A stretch of 60,729 bases of DNA from Candidatus Acidiferrales bacterium (GCA_050747045.1 JBOGNC010000001.1:1-60729); one strand, 5' to 3'. Numbered from the stretch's first letter, positions 28,325-38,022 are shown. Notes: a model not told the origin generated them from the letters alone. Numbers and translations: made by a program.

Positions 28325-28834
28325 GTGCAACAACAACTCTGGTTTTTCTTGAGCATCGCATTCAGCTTCATCGCCTGGGGGATCGTTGCCGCCCGATACA
28401 TCTGGCCCGAACTCCGCCTCCGGCAACGGGCCGAGGCGTTGCAGCCTCTGCTCATCCTGCACAGTTTTCGCTTCATCGGGCTGGCATTCCTGGTCCCAGG
28501 CGTCGTGTCGCCCGATCTGCCTTCCACCTTCGCGCACTCTGCCGCCTATGGCGACATCATTGCGGCGACACTCGCGCTGCTTTCACTGCTATCACTGCGT
28601 CGTGGCGTGGGGGTGGTCATCGCATGGGGCTTCAATCTCTGGGGCTCAGCCGATCTCCTAAACGCTTTCTATCAGGCCAACCATGCTGGGCTCTCAGCAG
28701 GGCAGTTGGGTGCCACCTATTTCATTCCGACCTTCATCGTGCCCCTACTGCTGATTACGCACGGACTCGCTTTCCGAATTCTCCTGCAACGTCAAGCTGA
28801 ACCCGCAATGCAAGATAGCCGAAATCTGGCATAA
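28325..28834 (+). CDS. integral membrane protein
   Basis: 169 aa with 4-5 hydrophobic helices and a GTG start. Co-directional with the TetR-controlled genes. Confidence 0.5.
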   Translation: MQQQLWFFLSIAFSFIAWGIVAARYIWPELRLRQRAEALQPLLILHSFRFIGLAFLVPGVVSPDLPSTFAHSAAYGDIIAATLALLSLLSLRRGVGVVIAWGFNLWGSADLLNAFYQANHAGLSAGQLGATYFIPTFIVPLLLITHGLAFRILLQRQAEPAMQDSRNLA

Positions 28835-28873
28835 GGCCCGGCCACCGCGAGGAGTCAGAGGAAAGGCCTGCGG

Positions 28874-29614
28874 CTACGCCGCCATAGAGTCCTCATCAAA
28901 CGTTTCGGGTCGTGAAGTTTTCGATGCCGGCACTTCTCGGCCTCGCAGCAAAACCAAATCCAAGAACCACATCTGATCCACCTTGCCGAGATTGATTTCC
29001 TGCGGGTGGTTCTTGAGGAATCGCAAGATATCCTTCTCCCGCACACGATGAATGTCATTACCATTCCCGCCGTGCCGCCGCGTGCCCTGGAACCGATCCC
29101 GGAGCCAACCGCTCGCAATCCAGGCGGAGATTTTGTGGTGGTCTTCGCCCAGGCATTGCTCGAGATCACGCATCGTGTAGCCATCTCGAACGCGACGGGA
29201 ATTTCCCATGCGTTTCAATTTGTTCACAACCGAGCTTTCGGGCCGATGCAGGCGCTTTGCGATTGTGGCAGACGAAACACGCCCAATCAGTTTGCCCAGG
29301 ACATTCAGTTCGGCCGGTGTCCAGGGCTTCCGATCCATCTTCATGGTTAAGCCTAATCGCGCGGCTTGGCGCTTGATATACCAGCGCGGCAAGCCCGTCA
29401 TGCGGATCATCCGATTGAGCACTTGAAAACGACGATTGAGTCCGCCGTAGTATTGCGCCTTCAGAATGTCATCGAATTCCGAGCGCCACGTGTACTTCAA
29501 CTTGGCGTGTCTGCGGCGATCTGCTCTACACTTCGAGCAATACTTCGCCTCAGTCGGAGGCACGCCCTTCCTACGGCCCTCTTCGATGGGCTGACCACAG
29601 ATAGCGCAATTCAT
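28874..29614 (-). CDS. zinc-ribbon plus HTH DNA-binding protein, hypothetical
   Basis: N-terminal CAICGQP...CSKC zinc ribbon, then repeats resembling Myb/HTH segments (WTPAELNVLGKLIGRVSSATIAKRL). The ATG at 29614 is preceded by GAGGAGAG. Confidence 0.5.
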   Translation of the reverse strand: MNCAICGQPIEEGRRKGVPPTEAKYCSKCRADRRRHAKLKYTWRSEFDDILKAQYYGGLNRRFQVLNRMIRMTGLPRWYIKRQAARLGLTMKMDRKPWTPAELNVLGKLIGRVSSATIAKRLHRPESSVVNKLKRMGNSRRVRDGYTMRDLEQCLGEDHHKISAWIASGWLRDRFQGTRRHGGNGNDIHRVREKDILRFLKNHPQEINLGKVDQMWFLDLVLLRGREVPASKTSRPETFDEDSMAA

Positions 29615-29677
29615 GGTTACTCTCCTCAAACGGAAATAATGGAAGCGACGGGTGCGGATCGGAATTCCAGATCAAAC

Positions 29678-29866
29678 CTACAGATCCTCGTCATCGAGGA
29701 AGACGCTCCAGTCCGGCGTATTTGCGAGGAGTTCCAGCACCTTTTCCGGTTCGGTCCCCAAAAGGCGGCGGCAGGTCTCAAGCTCAAATTCGACTTGTTC
29801 AGCAACTATCTTTGCGGCGGAGCGATACGCGATATCGCTCCCTGGTGGGATGTCGGCCAATTTCAT
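29678..29866 (-). CDS. small acidic hypothetical protein
   Basis: 62-aa ORF with an acidic C-terminus (FLDDEDL), co-directional with its neighbours. No family recognised. Confidence 0.3.
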   Translation of the reverse strand: MKLADIPPGSDIAYRSAAKIVAEQVEFELETCRRLLGTEPEKVLELLANTPDWSVFLDDEDL

Positions 29867-29952
29867 GGCTCTGTCCTTGGAAGAAAAAATGCGGATCGGG
29901 ATGCCGAACTCTTGCGAAGAAGTCTCAGAGGGTGCCTGATTAGGCGGGGAGC

Positions 29953-30279
29953 TTAGAGGACAACGTGGTCCAAGTTGCAGCCAAGAGGAGTGAGAGACTC
30001 CAAATCTTGGGGGCGGGACCGGATCGAGGCGATTTGCAGCGGTTCATCCCAATCCGGATTGAATACAACGACGCGCAGAACTAGTGTGCCATCCTGCTCA
30101 GTCGTGTTTTCGATCGCTACGGAGTCCCACATTTCCTCTGTGCCGCGATGTCTGATGCGCTGGGCGACCCTGACCCACAACGAATCCGTGTCGGCGTGAA
30201 AGTTACCTGTTTTTCCTGCGTCACAACTGACCCGGAAACCAAGAGAAGCCGGTCCCAAGCTGATTCGTGGTTCGTTCAT
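29953..30279 (-). CDS. hypothetical protein
   Basis: 108-aa ORF co-directional with the DUF932-like gene. No family recognised. Confidence 0.35.
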   Translation of the reverse strand: MNEPRISLGPASLGFRVSCDAGKTGNFHADTDSLWVRVAQRIRHRGTEEMWDSVAIENTTEQDGTLVLRVVVFNPDWDEPLQIASIRSRPQDLESLTPLGCNLDHVVL

Positions 30280-30415
30280 CTGTATTTGCTCCGGCAGGCG
30301 CTGACCTGTTCGGCCTGCGAATTCTCTGACCCTGACGAGTGGAACAGGAGGCAGATTGAACGCACTGCCTCCCTACGTTCCTCGTTGTGTGACGGTGACC
30401 GCGTTTTCCACGCGA

Positions 30416-31150
30416 TCAGTTGGAACTGGCCGTGGTCAGTTCGAGAAACGAGGCCAGCTTCGCCGTTGCCCGAAACTGAGGAATGGGGTCGAGTTCTTTG
30501 AAAGCACTCGTGAAGGCGTTGGAGAGACTCCAAGTCGTGCGCGAGGCAAATTGCTCGACCTCCGGATTGAAGTACAAATCGTGGACGCGCCGGGCCAAGT
30601 GCTTGGGAACGTCCAACTCCCCCTGAACAAAGGCCCGATAGATGACCAGTTTTGCGGAGTCATCTGAGATGCGCGTGCCTTTCCATGCCTCGATCTGCTT
30701 CTTCATCGGCTCGAAATTCCGCTGAATGCGGTCGATCCCGATGGAGAGCACATCGACGAGGCTGAAATGTTTGCTGTGCTTTGCCAACACGGGCGTGAAA
30801 TCTCCGTGAAACGCCATGTTGTCGCAGACGAGCACGCGATAACCGACCGTCACTGCGAGCCGCATCGACTTGTCGTTCGAATTGCGGATGCCAACGGAAA
30901 ATCGGCAACCGTCAAACGTGGTTTCCAGGTCCAGAACTCCGAACATCTTCATGCCGTCGTGGGATACTGCGTATTCCTCACGAATGGCCGAGATGTGCCG
31001 GAAGCTGAGACCTTCGACCAGCGCCTCGACAATTTGGTTATGTGGGATTGGTTGATGCGTTGGGCTCGCTTCGGGTGTCGGGATCAGTTTCAGTTCATCT
31101 CGCGTGATCTTTGAACTCCCGCAATGAGCCAACAGTTGAGCTTGTTCCAT
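30416..31150 (-). CDS. DUF932-like protein (MGE-associated)
   Basis: 244 aa with THQPIPHNQIVEALVEGL...REEYAVSHDGMKMFGVLDL...SVGIRNSNDKSMRLAVTVGYRVLVCDNMAFHGD...AKHSKH. This matches the pattern I associate with DUF932 proteins of ICEs and plasmids. Confidence 0.7.
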   Translation of the reverse strand: MEQAQLLAHCGSSKITRDELKLIPTPEASPTHQPIPHNQIVEALVEGLSFRHISAIREEYAVSHDGMKMFGVLDLETTFDGCRFSVGIRNSNDKSMRLAVTVGYRVLVCDNMAFHGDFTPVLAKHSKHFSLVDVLSIGIDRIQRNFEPMKKQIEAWKGTRISDDSAKLVIYRAFVQGELDVPKHLARRVHDLYFNPEVEQFASRTTWSLSNAFTSAFKELDPIPQFRATAKLASFLELTTASSN

Positions 31151-31322
31151 TTCTATCTCCTTTCAATGTAATGGACCGACTCGAAGGTCCCCGCAGTGAA
31201 GCTGTTCACAGACGTGGACCTTCGGGTTCTTCGTGGCGCCCGCGAGGAGAACTACGCGGAGCCAAATAGCAGGAAGCGTGCCGAAATTGGGCTTTGGGAT
31301 GGCGCCGCCGCGAAGAGGAGGA

Positions 31323-32438
31323 TCAGAAGCGCAGCGGCATTAGGATGTAGCGATACTGCTCGGTCTCATCGCCAGAGGGTCGGAACTCAGCGGCGCTCTC
31401 TGCATCCTTCACTTGCATGCGGATCGAAGTCGCTGCGCCCACCGCACGCAGAAACTCAAGCAGATATTCAGCATTGAAGCCTATGTGCAGCGCTTCTTGT
31501 CCGTACTGGGTTTCGACGGACTCTCGTGCTTCACCGTATTCCGGCGAACTCGCCGATACTTCCAGCCGATCTTTCTCCAAGAGCAACCGCACACCGGGCA
31601 CGCGCTCATCCGCTAGAAGCGAAACACGTCGAACAACGTCTTCGAACTCTTGCGGCTTTAGGTCGACTGCCTTTCCGTTCTCCTTTGGCAAAACCGATTC
31701 ATAGTTCGGAAACTGGCCGGTGAGAAGGCGCGACGCAAGCATGCGTGGACCAAGAGAGAAGTAAATCTGCGACCCGTCTTTCGAGAGTTCGACGCTGGGT
31801 CCGTTGCTATCTTCCTCGCTAAGGCGAGGCAGCAATATCAGCGCTCTTCGGGGAATGAGTACCGACAACTCCTCTTTCAGATTAGCGATTTCGCTCTTGC
31901 GTTCCGCCAGAGCCAAGCGGTGACCATCGGTTGCGATCATAGTCGCGCAATCTGGCTTCAGTTTGAGGAGCGCGCCGTTCAGCACGTACCGGCTCTCTTC
32001 CTCGGACACGGCGAATGAAGTCTTTTTCACGCAGGCGTCCAGCACGGCGGCATCCAACCTTGCGATTGGTTCCGGGACGGTCGGAAATGTCGGGAAATCA
32101 CCCTTGGCCAAACCGACGAGCTTGAAGGAGGTTCTTCCAGACGTTACCTGCACCGCATGGTTCTCAAGACCTCGGCAGCGAATCTCGCCGCTGGCAGCGG
32201 AACGGACAATTTCCAGGAAGCGGAGTCCTGGGATGACTGCAGCGCCCTTGGTCTTCACTTTTGCCTGACAAGTCGTTCTGGCCGTGACCTCCATGTCGGT
32301 CGCGGTGATCCTCAGTTCGAATCCTTCCGCTTCCAAGAGAAAGTGAGAAAGTACGGGGATCGTGCTTCGCTTCTCCACCGCGTTGCGAACGAAATTTAGC
32401 TCCTTTACCAGATCAGATCTTTCAACGAAGAAATCCAT
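31323..32438 (-). CDS. dnaN: DNA polymerase III beta subunit (sliding clamp) paralogue
   Basis: 371 aa from the ATG at 32438. It has LVKELNFVRNAVEKRSTIPVLSHFLLEAEGFELRITATDMEV, a three-domain length and the C-terminus YRYILMPLRF. Confidence 0.9.
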   Translation of the reverse strand: MDFFVERSDLVKELNFVRNAVEKRSTIPVLSHFLLEAEGFELRITATDMEVTARTTCQAKVKTKGAAVIPGLRFLEIVRSAASGEIRCRGLENHAVQVTSGRTSFKLVGLAKGDFPTFPTVPEPIARLDAAVLDACVKKTSFAVSEEESRYVLNGALLKLKPDCATMIATDGHRLALAERKSEIANLKEELSVLIPRRALILLPRLSEEDSNGPSVELSKDGSQIYFSLGPRMLASRLLTGQFPNYESVLPKENGKAVDLKPQEFEDVVRRVSLLADERVPGVRLLLEKDRLEVSASSPEYGEARESVETQYGQEALHIGFNAEYLLEFLRAVGAATSIRMQVKDAESAAEFRPSGDETEQYRYILMPLRF

Positions 32439-32573
32439 TGAACACACCCCTTCTCTGCCCTAACTAAGAGAGTTAGGCGGATTGGCTGTTCCTTTCCGAA
32501 GCAAAGCCATGCCGATGCTGTTGGGAATGACTACAGCGAGATGGTGAACAAGATACGACGAGCGTCGCCGTCT

Positions 32574-32589
32574 TGGCACAATGTGTGCA
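32574..32589 (+). promoter_or_regulatory. sigma54-type -24/-12 promoter-like element
   Basis: TGGCACaatgtGTGCA matches the consensus TGGCAC-N5-TTGCA in 10 of 11 specified positions (6+4 excluding the mismatched T). It lies in non-coding DNA between dnaN and an IS remnant. Confidence 0.25.
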
Positions 32590-32814
32590 GATACTTAGGT
32601 ATTTCCGAAGGTGTTGGACACAATGGAAGGAGCCGGACGCAAAGCAACTCTGAAACCCGATTGCCGAGGCAGGGCATGCCAAGACTTCGGCTCATTTGCC
32701 TTGGCCTCTGGATCTTCATTTCACTCGCGCGCTTCAGCAAAACCTCTAGCGTCCGGGGTGGATCCCCAGCATCGAGCATTGCCTTGAAAACTGCATAGAC
32801 ATCGGTTCTCGCCC

Positions 32815-33269
32815 CAGCCTTTCGCGCAGAGCGCCTACACGAAGGTCGAGCATCATGCCGGGGAGTTGTGCCCGCGCGTGGGCTTTCTCGTGACCAACCT
32901 GAGCCCGCCGAGCCGGGCAGTGGTGCGCTTCTATAACAAACGCGGCACCGCCGAGCAGTGCGTCAACGAAGGCAAGCAGGCGGTGAAGATGACGCGGTTG
33001 AGTTGCCATCGCTTTCGGTCGAACGAGGTGCGGCTGTGGCTGAGCGTGATTGCCTATAACCTCGGAAACCTGTGGCGGCGGTTGGCGCTGCCCCAACGAA
33101 TCGCTACTTGGTCGCTGACCAGTTTGCAGCAGCGTTTGGTGAAAACCGGCGGTCATTGGTCAAGCACGCACTCTACTATTGGCTCCTGTTGGCGGAGAGT
33201 CGTCTCACGCGACGGTTGTTTGGGGTCCTGCTGGGCAGGATCGAGGCCCTATCCTCTCCAGCGGGGTAG
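32815..33269 (+). pseudogene. IS1380-family (DDE group 1) transposase, C-terminal remnant with frameshift
   Basis: The HAGELCPRVGFLVTNLS..VVRFYNKRGTAEQCVNEGKQAVKMTRLSCHRFRSNEVRLWLSVIAYNLGNLWRRL pattern is present. The reading continues in another frame after ~33147 (LVKHALYYWLLLAESRLTRRLFG). The N-terminal two thirds are absent. Confidence 0.7.
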
Positions 33270-33535
33270 GCGAGCTGCCAACCGGGCCTGATTTTAGGCG
33301 ACGAGCAGGCAGGGGACGGGAGGATGTCGAAGGTATCGAATGAGAGAGAGCACGGTTTGGGCTTTGGCGTTCTCAGCAGTGGCAAAACTGGCTCGTTGGT
33401 CCGCGTTCGAGGCTCCGAACGCTGAAAACCCGGCTGACAATTGCATGCACGGGCGGTCTGACGTATGTTGTTGGCCGGGCCAGAGTCCATAATGGAAATT
33501 CCGGCTAACATTCACACTCATTAGGGAGACTCTCT

Positions 33536-34645
33536 ATGCCAAATTCGGAATCGAAGAAAGCGACTCTGCCAGCGCGGCGGCGCAGCGAAGGCGGCGCCAC
33601 AATCGCGGCGAAGCTCCTGCTGCTGCTCGCAGTGGCCCTGGGCGCATTCGGTTTTGGATTGCATGCTTCCGCCCAGGGAACCGCAAAGTACACCACGCAC
33701 ACGCTGACTCTTCCCTCGCACGGCAAGGGAAACGTCACCATGGATTACATCGCCTATGACCCCAAGACCGGATATGTCTGGGTTCCCGCCATCAACATCG
33801 GCTCGGTCTTTGTTGTGGATGCCAGCAACGAGACGGTGCACGAGATTACGGGCTTTGCCACAAAGGAGATTGAGATGCGGAACGGCCGCAAAGGCGCGCA
33901 GGGTCCAAGCGGCGTGTACGTCGGTGACGGCGTCGTCTACATCGGTGACCGCGCCGACCGCAGTATCTGTGCCGTCGATGAGAGAACGCTCGTGCGCAAG
34001 AACTGCGGCCACATCGACTCCACTCCCGACGGCGTCGTCTACGTGGCACCCACCAGGGAAGTCTGGGTTACGTCGCCGGGCGACGACTCGGTCCGCATCC
34101 TGGACAGCCATACTTTGGAGCAGAAAGCGAAGCTGACTTTTGACGGCCGGCCTGAGGGCTACGCTGTCGACGCCAAGCGCGACCGCCTCTACATGAACTA
34201 CGAGGATAAGGACCTCACCACGGCGATCGACCTGACGACGCGCAAGACCGTGGCGAAGTGGCAGGCCAACTGTGGGCCGGACGGTCCGCATGGTCTGCAG
34301 ATCGATCAGAACACCGGCTATCTCTTCGTTGCCTGCAGCACGCGGGCAGAGGTTCTGAACGCGGGCGGGAATGGGCAGCAGTTATCGTCCATCAACACCG
34401 GCGATGGTGTCGATGATCTCAACTATTCGCCGGCCACCCACATGCTATACGTAGGAGCAGCGAGAGCCGCGCAGCTTACGGTGGCGCGAGTCCATGGCTC
34501 CGGCAAGCTCAGTGTGGTTGCAGTCGTTCCGACTCACGAGGGCGAGCGCAACGGGGTCGCCACCAAGAACGGCACCGTATACATGGCACACGCGAGGCCA
34601 GGAAACTTTACCGGCATGGTCGTGGTGGTGCCGAACAGGAAGTAA
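33536..34645 (+). CDS. secreted beta-propeller repeat protein (YVTN/lactonase-like)
   Basis: 369 aa with a signal peptide. It shows repeated about-40-aa units with V-x-V-D/ID-like strands (VFVVDASNETV, ICAVDERTL, VRILDSHTL, TTAIDLTTRK). Confidence 0.55.
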   Translation: MPNSESKKATLPARRRSEGGATIAAKLLLLLAVALGAFGFGLHASAQGTAKYTTHTLTLPSHGKGNVTMDYIAYDPKTGYVWVPAINIGSVFVVDASNETVHEITGFATKEIEMRNGRKGAQGPSGVYVGDGVVYIGDRADRSICAVDERTLVRKNCGHIDSTPDGVVYVAPTREVWVTSPGDDSVRILDSHTLEQKAKLTFDGRPEGYAVDAKRDRLYMNYEDKDLTTAIDLTTRKTVAKWQANCGPDGPHGLQIDQNTGYLFVACSTRAEVLNAGGNGQQLSSINTGDGVDDLNYSPATHMLYVGAARAAQLTVARVHGSGKLSVVAVVPTHEGERNGVATKNGTVYMAHARPGNFTGMVVVVPNRK

Positions 34646-35089
34646 GTAACATCACGGCGGGCGCCCCCCCAGGGGACCTGAGGCAACCCTCTTCGTAACG
34701 AAATAAGCGCTGAGCGGTTTTCACGATTCAAAACGCCGTGCCCCATTTCTGCCTCTGGGCGGCATCTCTGCGCCGGTTTGAAGGTATTATTGGTCGTTCC
34801 TACTCACTGCTGCACGGGACATCGATGGTCACGAAAACAGTAGCAGGGGTAAACGGTGGGATGGTTCTGACCTTGAAACACTATGGCCCTTTACTCCTGT
34901 CACGAGTGCGCTAATGCGGTCGAGAATGTCCCTATCGAGGGGCGTGACGTGTTCTGGGTAGTGTCGCATGTCAGAAGCCAAAAAAACTCATGAAGGAGGA
35001 AAGCACTGGATCCTCCTCTGCACTCTACTTTCCTGGCTCAGGATCAGCAACGATCATACACGCTCCGCAATCGGAAGGGTTCTTAGGGT

Positions 35090-35287
35090 TCATTCCGCTT
35101 GCAATCGAGCCGATTCCACCCGCAATTCCTCGGGAGGGACTTCAACGATTCTGCCGTCACGCCAGATGTAAATTGGCAGCCCTTGCCGGGCGTGTTCCAC
35201 TATCACTTTCTCGACAGCAGCTTTGAGCGCGATCTCGGCGCGCTCTTCCAGTGGAAGTTCAAGGACGTTCGCTGGCGGCTTTGTCAT
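35090..35287 (-). CDS. small protein coupled to the zeta-like kinase (possible antitoxin)
   Basis: 65 aa with a 4-bp overlap with the upstream P-loop gene. No family recognised. Confidence 0.4.
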   Translation of the reverse strand: MTKPPANVLELPLEERAEIALKAAVEKVIVEHARQGLPIYIWRDGRIVEVPPEELRVESARLQAE

Positions 35288-35892
35288 GGCTTTCCGTAAC
35301 GACCAATCAGGTTCTCGTAAATCTCTCGATTTATTATACGGAGGCTGTTCTGTTTCTCAAAGGCAATGACAGTGGGTGTTGCGCCCGAGTTGTCAAATAA
35401 CGTCCAAGAATCACCCAGTGGAACATAGCGGAGGAGGAAGTTGCGAATCGAGCGGTCAAATCGGCGGCGAACGACAGTTTCAGGCACGTCGTGACCGCCT
35501 TCCAAGACTCTAGCTCTCACTCTCTTCAGCGCCAGATCGACGGTCGGCACCCATAGGAAGAAGTAGTGCACTTGATACCCGCGTTTCTTGAGATGACGAA
35601 TCAGGCTCAGATAACTTCGCCCCGAAAGAGTGGTCTCGAAGCCAAAGCTCGCTCCGCGCCTCGCGTATAGCTCGATTTCCTCCAGCATTAGCCGCCCGGC
35701 GCGGAAGGCGATAGCTTCAGGCGAGAACGGCGATACACCCTGTGCGATCAGGTCTGCGTTAATGAAATTCCTGCACTCCGCGTAATTCGGCAAGAACTCT
35801 CTCGCGAAGGTTGTCTTGCCGGCGCCGTTCGGCCCCGCAATGATGTAAACGCTTGGGCTCATAACCTCCCTTAAGAAATTCGGTCTGATCAT
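35284..35892 (-). CDS. zeta-toxin-like P-loop kinase (AAA family ATPase)
   Basis: Walker A AGPNGAGKTT near the N-terminus, about 200 aa, with FINADLIAQG and WVPTVDLALKRVRARVLEGGHDVP. This resembles the zeta toxin/UDP-GlcNAc kinase family. The start may be the internal ATG at 35862. Confidence 0.65.
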   Translation of the reverse strand: MIRPNFLREVMSPSVYIIAGPNGAGKTTFAREFLPNYAECRNFINADLIAQGVSPFSPEAIAFRAGRLMLEEIELYARRGASFGFETTLSGRSYLSLIRHLKKRGYQVHYFFLWVPTVDLALKRVRARVLEGGHDVPETVVRRRFDRSIRNFLLRYVPLGDSWTLFDNSGATPTVIAFEKQNSLRIINREIYENLIGRYGKP

Positions 35893-35962
35893 ACCGTACT
35901 AGCAACGTATGCTTGCTTAAACTCACGCTTCAATTGATTGCTGCACGCGAGGAAGGCTGAAC

Positions 35963-36307
35963 TCAAACTTCAGTTGTTCTCGTTAGCCTCTGTCCATACA
36001 TCCACGGTTCCATCCTGATGGCTGCGGCCCAGTCCTGAAAACTGGGGATGCGCCCCAGGTCCTCGCGGACATGCTGCTCTCCGATATATCGCAGGGGCAC
36101 CTCTGTCCCTTGGCTATTTCGGATAGCCACACCGAAGATCCGCTCTGCCAAGAAAATCCCTTCTGCGTGGTGCCTCAGGGCTCGATGCCTAACGTCTGCC
36201 ATGATGGCTTTCGACTCATCGAACCACTGGTGGATACGCAGGTAATCGTCGGCGACGCCGCCGAATTTGCGAGCGCTATTCTTGGCGTGTTCCAAAGGAT
36301 GAGCCAT
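35963..36307 (-). CDS. conserved hypothetical protein
   Basis: 114 aa with YLRIHQWFDESKAIMADVRHRALRHHAEGIFLAERIFG...GEQHVREDLGRIP. It looks like a widespread uncharacterised family that I cannot name with certainty. Confidence 0.45.
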   Translation of the reverse strand: MAHPLEHAKNSARKFGGVADDYLRIHQWFDESKAIMADVRHRALRHHAEGIFLAERIFGVAIRNSQGTEVPLRYIGEQHVREDLGRIPSFQDWAAAIRMEPWMYGQRLTRTTEV

Positions 36308-36310
36308 GAG

Positions 36311-36661
36311 CTAAATCTCCCGCGGTTCCTCAGGGTGGCCGACGGTTTCGTACCAGTTGTGCTCCACGCGAATCGTCAGCGTTTGAACGTTGAACGTAAC
36401 CGTTCCGAAGCCGCCGTCGCCGTCCTCGTATCCTTCTGGCGCGAAACCCTCGAGCAGATCACCCAGTGTCTGGAGATCGAGATCGACGGGCAGGAGCGAT
36501 TCCTCAACGGGTTTCTCTGCGGCATCTTGGAACTGAGGTGGTTCCGCGCGCCCTTCATCGCCATCCCCGTAGTAGCTAACCGTCACTCTGGCGACTCCCG
36601 CAGCGCGCAAGCCATCAGAAAACTTCAGCACTTCGTCTTTCCGTTCTTGATCTGCGGTCAC
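36311..36661 (-). CDS. hypothetical acidic protein
   Basis: The GTG at 36661 is preceded by GGAGGAG 6 nt upstream, giving 116 aa. The longer track ORF (to 36829) would overlap the NrdJ remnant. Confidence 0.45.
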   Translation of the reverse strand: MTADQERKDEVLKFSDGLRAAGVARVTVSYYGDGDEGRAEPPQFQDAAEKPVEESLLPVDLDLQTLGDLLEGFAPEGYEDGDGGFGTVTFNVQTLTIRVEHNWYETVGHPEEPREI

Positions 36662-36734
36662 GGCGTACTCCTCCGTTGTTAAGGTGAAGTAAGAATGCGT
36701 GAATCGTAGGTCGAAAGAGCGAGACCGGGAGGGT

Positions 36735-37330
36735 CTAGGAGCAGCCACTCGTACTGCCACAATTGACGCACTTATAGCAACTGCCGTTCGGCACCATGAG
36801 CATCCCGCAAGTCGAACAGGAAGGAGCATCGCCGGTCGTGGCGGCGCCGTTACGTGGGTGAACGGATTCGCGGTCTTTCGTGTTGGCGGACGGCGCGCTC
36901 ATCGTGGGTTGAATTAGTTCAGGTTCGCCTGACGCATCCCGAGGCTTGAGGTATTCGGATGAGAGAAACTTCCCGCCGAGCCACCGCGCGATGTAGTCCA
37001 ACACCGAACTGGCGTACCGGATATTCGGATTCTCGGTAAAGCCACTTGGCTCGAATCGGGTGTTGGTGAGCTTATCGACTAGGGCCTTCAGAGGCACGCC
37101 GTACTGAAGGCCTATCGAGATTGAAAGAGCGAAGCCGTCCATGAAACCAGAGAGAGTTGAGCCTTCCTTCGCCATCTTGATGAAAATCTCGCCCAGCGCT
37201 CCTTCCGCGTACATACCAACGATGATGTAGCCCTCGTGACCGCCTACGGAAAATTTGTGCGTTATGGATTTTCTTTCGTCCGGAAGCTTGCGCCGCTGGG
37301 CACGAGCGGACAAGTCCTTCTGTTCCGGTG
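36735..37330 (-). pseudogene. nrdJ: C-terminal fragment of class II (B12-dependent) ribonucleotide reductase NrdJ
   Basis: KLPDERKSITHKFSVGGHEGYIIVGMYAEGALGEIFIKMAKEGSTLSGFMDGFALSISIGLQYGVPLKALVDKLTNTRFEPSGFTENPNIRYASSVLDYIARWL plus the Cys-rich tail CSTCGMLMVPNGSCYKCVNCG. The whole catalytic barrel is missing. Confidence 0.8.
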
Positions 37331-38022
37331 CTTCGTCGGGGATAGGGCGATCGACAGCGATCACCCTATCCGATCGCGGCGCGAAAGTCGCGCTTCTCGC
37401 TCGCAGCGCCGATGCGCTGAAGGAATTGGCGCAGGAGCTTCCAGGCAGCTTGCCGCTCACGATAGACATGACGCAGTTTGATCGAGTCCGGGAAGTCGTT
37501 AGCGTCGTGCACCAACATTACGGCCGTATCGAGGGTCTCGTAAACAATGCAGGCCGTAGCTATGCGGCTTCAATCGAGAAGATCGAGCCCGCGGTTTTCG
37601 ACGAAATCTTCCATCTGAACGTGCTGGCGCCGATTATCGCGATGCAGGCCGTGATCCCGGTGATGCGAGCCCAGGGCGGCGGAAGCATTGTGAACATCAA
37701 TTCGGGAACTGCCTTCATGACTGTTCCTCAATACAGTGTCTACTCGTCGTCCAAGCGTGCCCTTCTTGGCTTTAGTCTCACCGCACGCGCCGAGTTGGAA
37801 AAGGATCACATCATCGTCAGCGAAATCTACCCATTCATCACGGCGACGAACTTCGGCAAGAACCGGATGGGCAATCCAGCAGGCGGTGGGCCCTCGGCTC
37901 ATTACGCCGAGGGCGACAAGCCCGAATTCGTCGCCGGACTCGTTGTGCAGGCTATCGAGGAAGGCGGAGCCCAGTATTTCGCGAACGATCGCCTTCGCAA
38001 AATGGCGGCGGGCGCGGTCTAG
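37264..38022 (+). CDS. classical short-chain dehydrogenase/reductase; 5' end abuts the NrdJ remnant
   Basis: SGASSGIG cofactor motif, NNAG, and S...YSSSK catalytic residues. The N-terminal about 20 aa are read from the antisense of NrdJ-derived DNA, so the start and intactness are uncertain. Confidence 0.7.
   Translation: MDFLSSGSLRRWARADKSFCSGASSGIGRSTAITLSDRGAKVALLARSADALKELAQELPGSLPLTIDMTQFDRVREVVSVVHQHYGRIEGLVNNAGRSYAASIEKIEPAVFDEIFHLNVLAPIIAMQAVIPVMRAQGGGSIVNINSGTAFMTVPQYSVYSSSKRALLGFSLTARAELEKDHIIVSEIYPFITATNFGKNRMGNPAGGGPSAHYAEGDKPEFVAGLVVQAIEEGGAQYFANDRLRKMAAGAV

Noticed and set aside
27638-28537. 299-aa minus-strand ORF
   Set aside because: It is antisense to the NmrA-like gene (clear Rossmann motif) and to the membrane protein gene, and has no motifs.
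34646-35089. 444-bp non-coding gap after the beta-propeller gene as a possible ncRNA or att remnant
   Set aside because: I could not discern convincing stem-loops, repeats, promoter/terminator pairs or similarity to other parts of the window. It most likely marks a junction between cargo and core DNA.
36662-36829. N-terminal extension of ORF 36311-36829 (172 aa)
   Set aside because: The extension overlaps the 3' end of the NrdJ remnant and lacks an SD. A GTG at 36661 with GGAGGAG 6 nt upstream gives a cleaner 116-aa gene.
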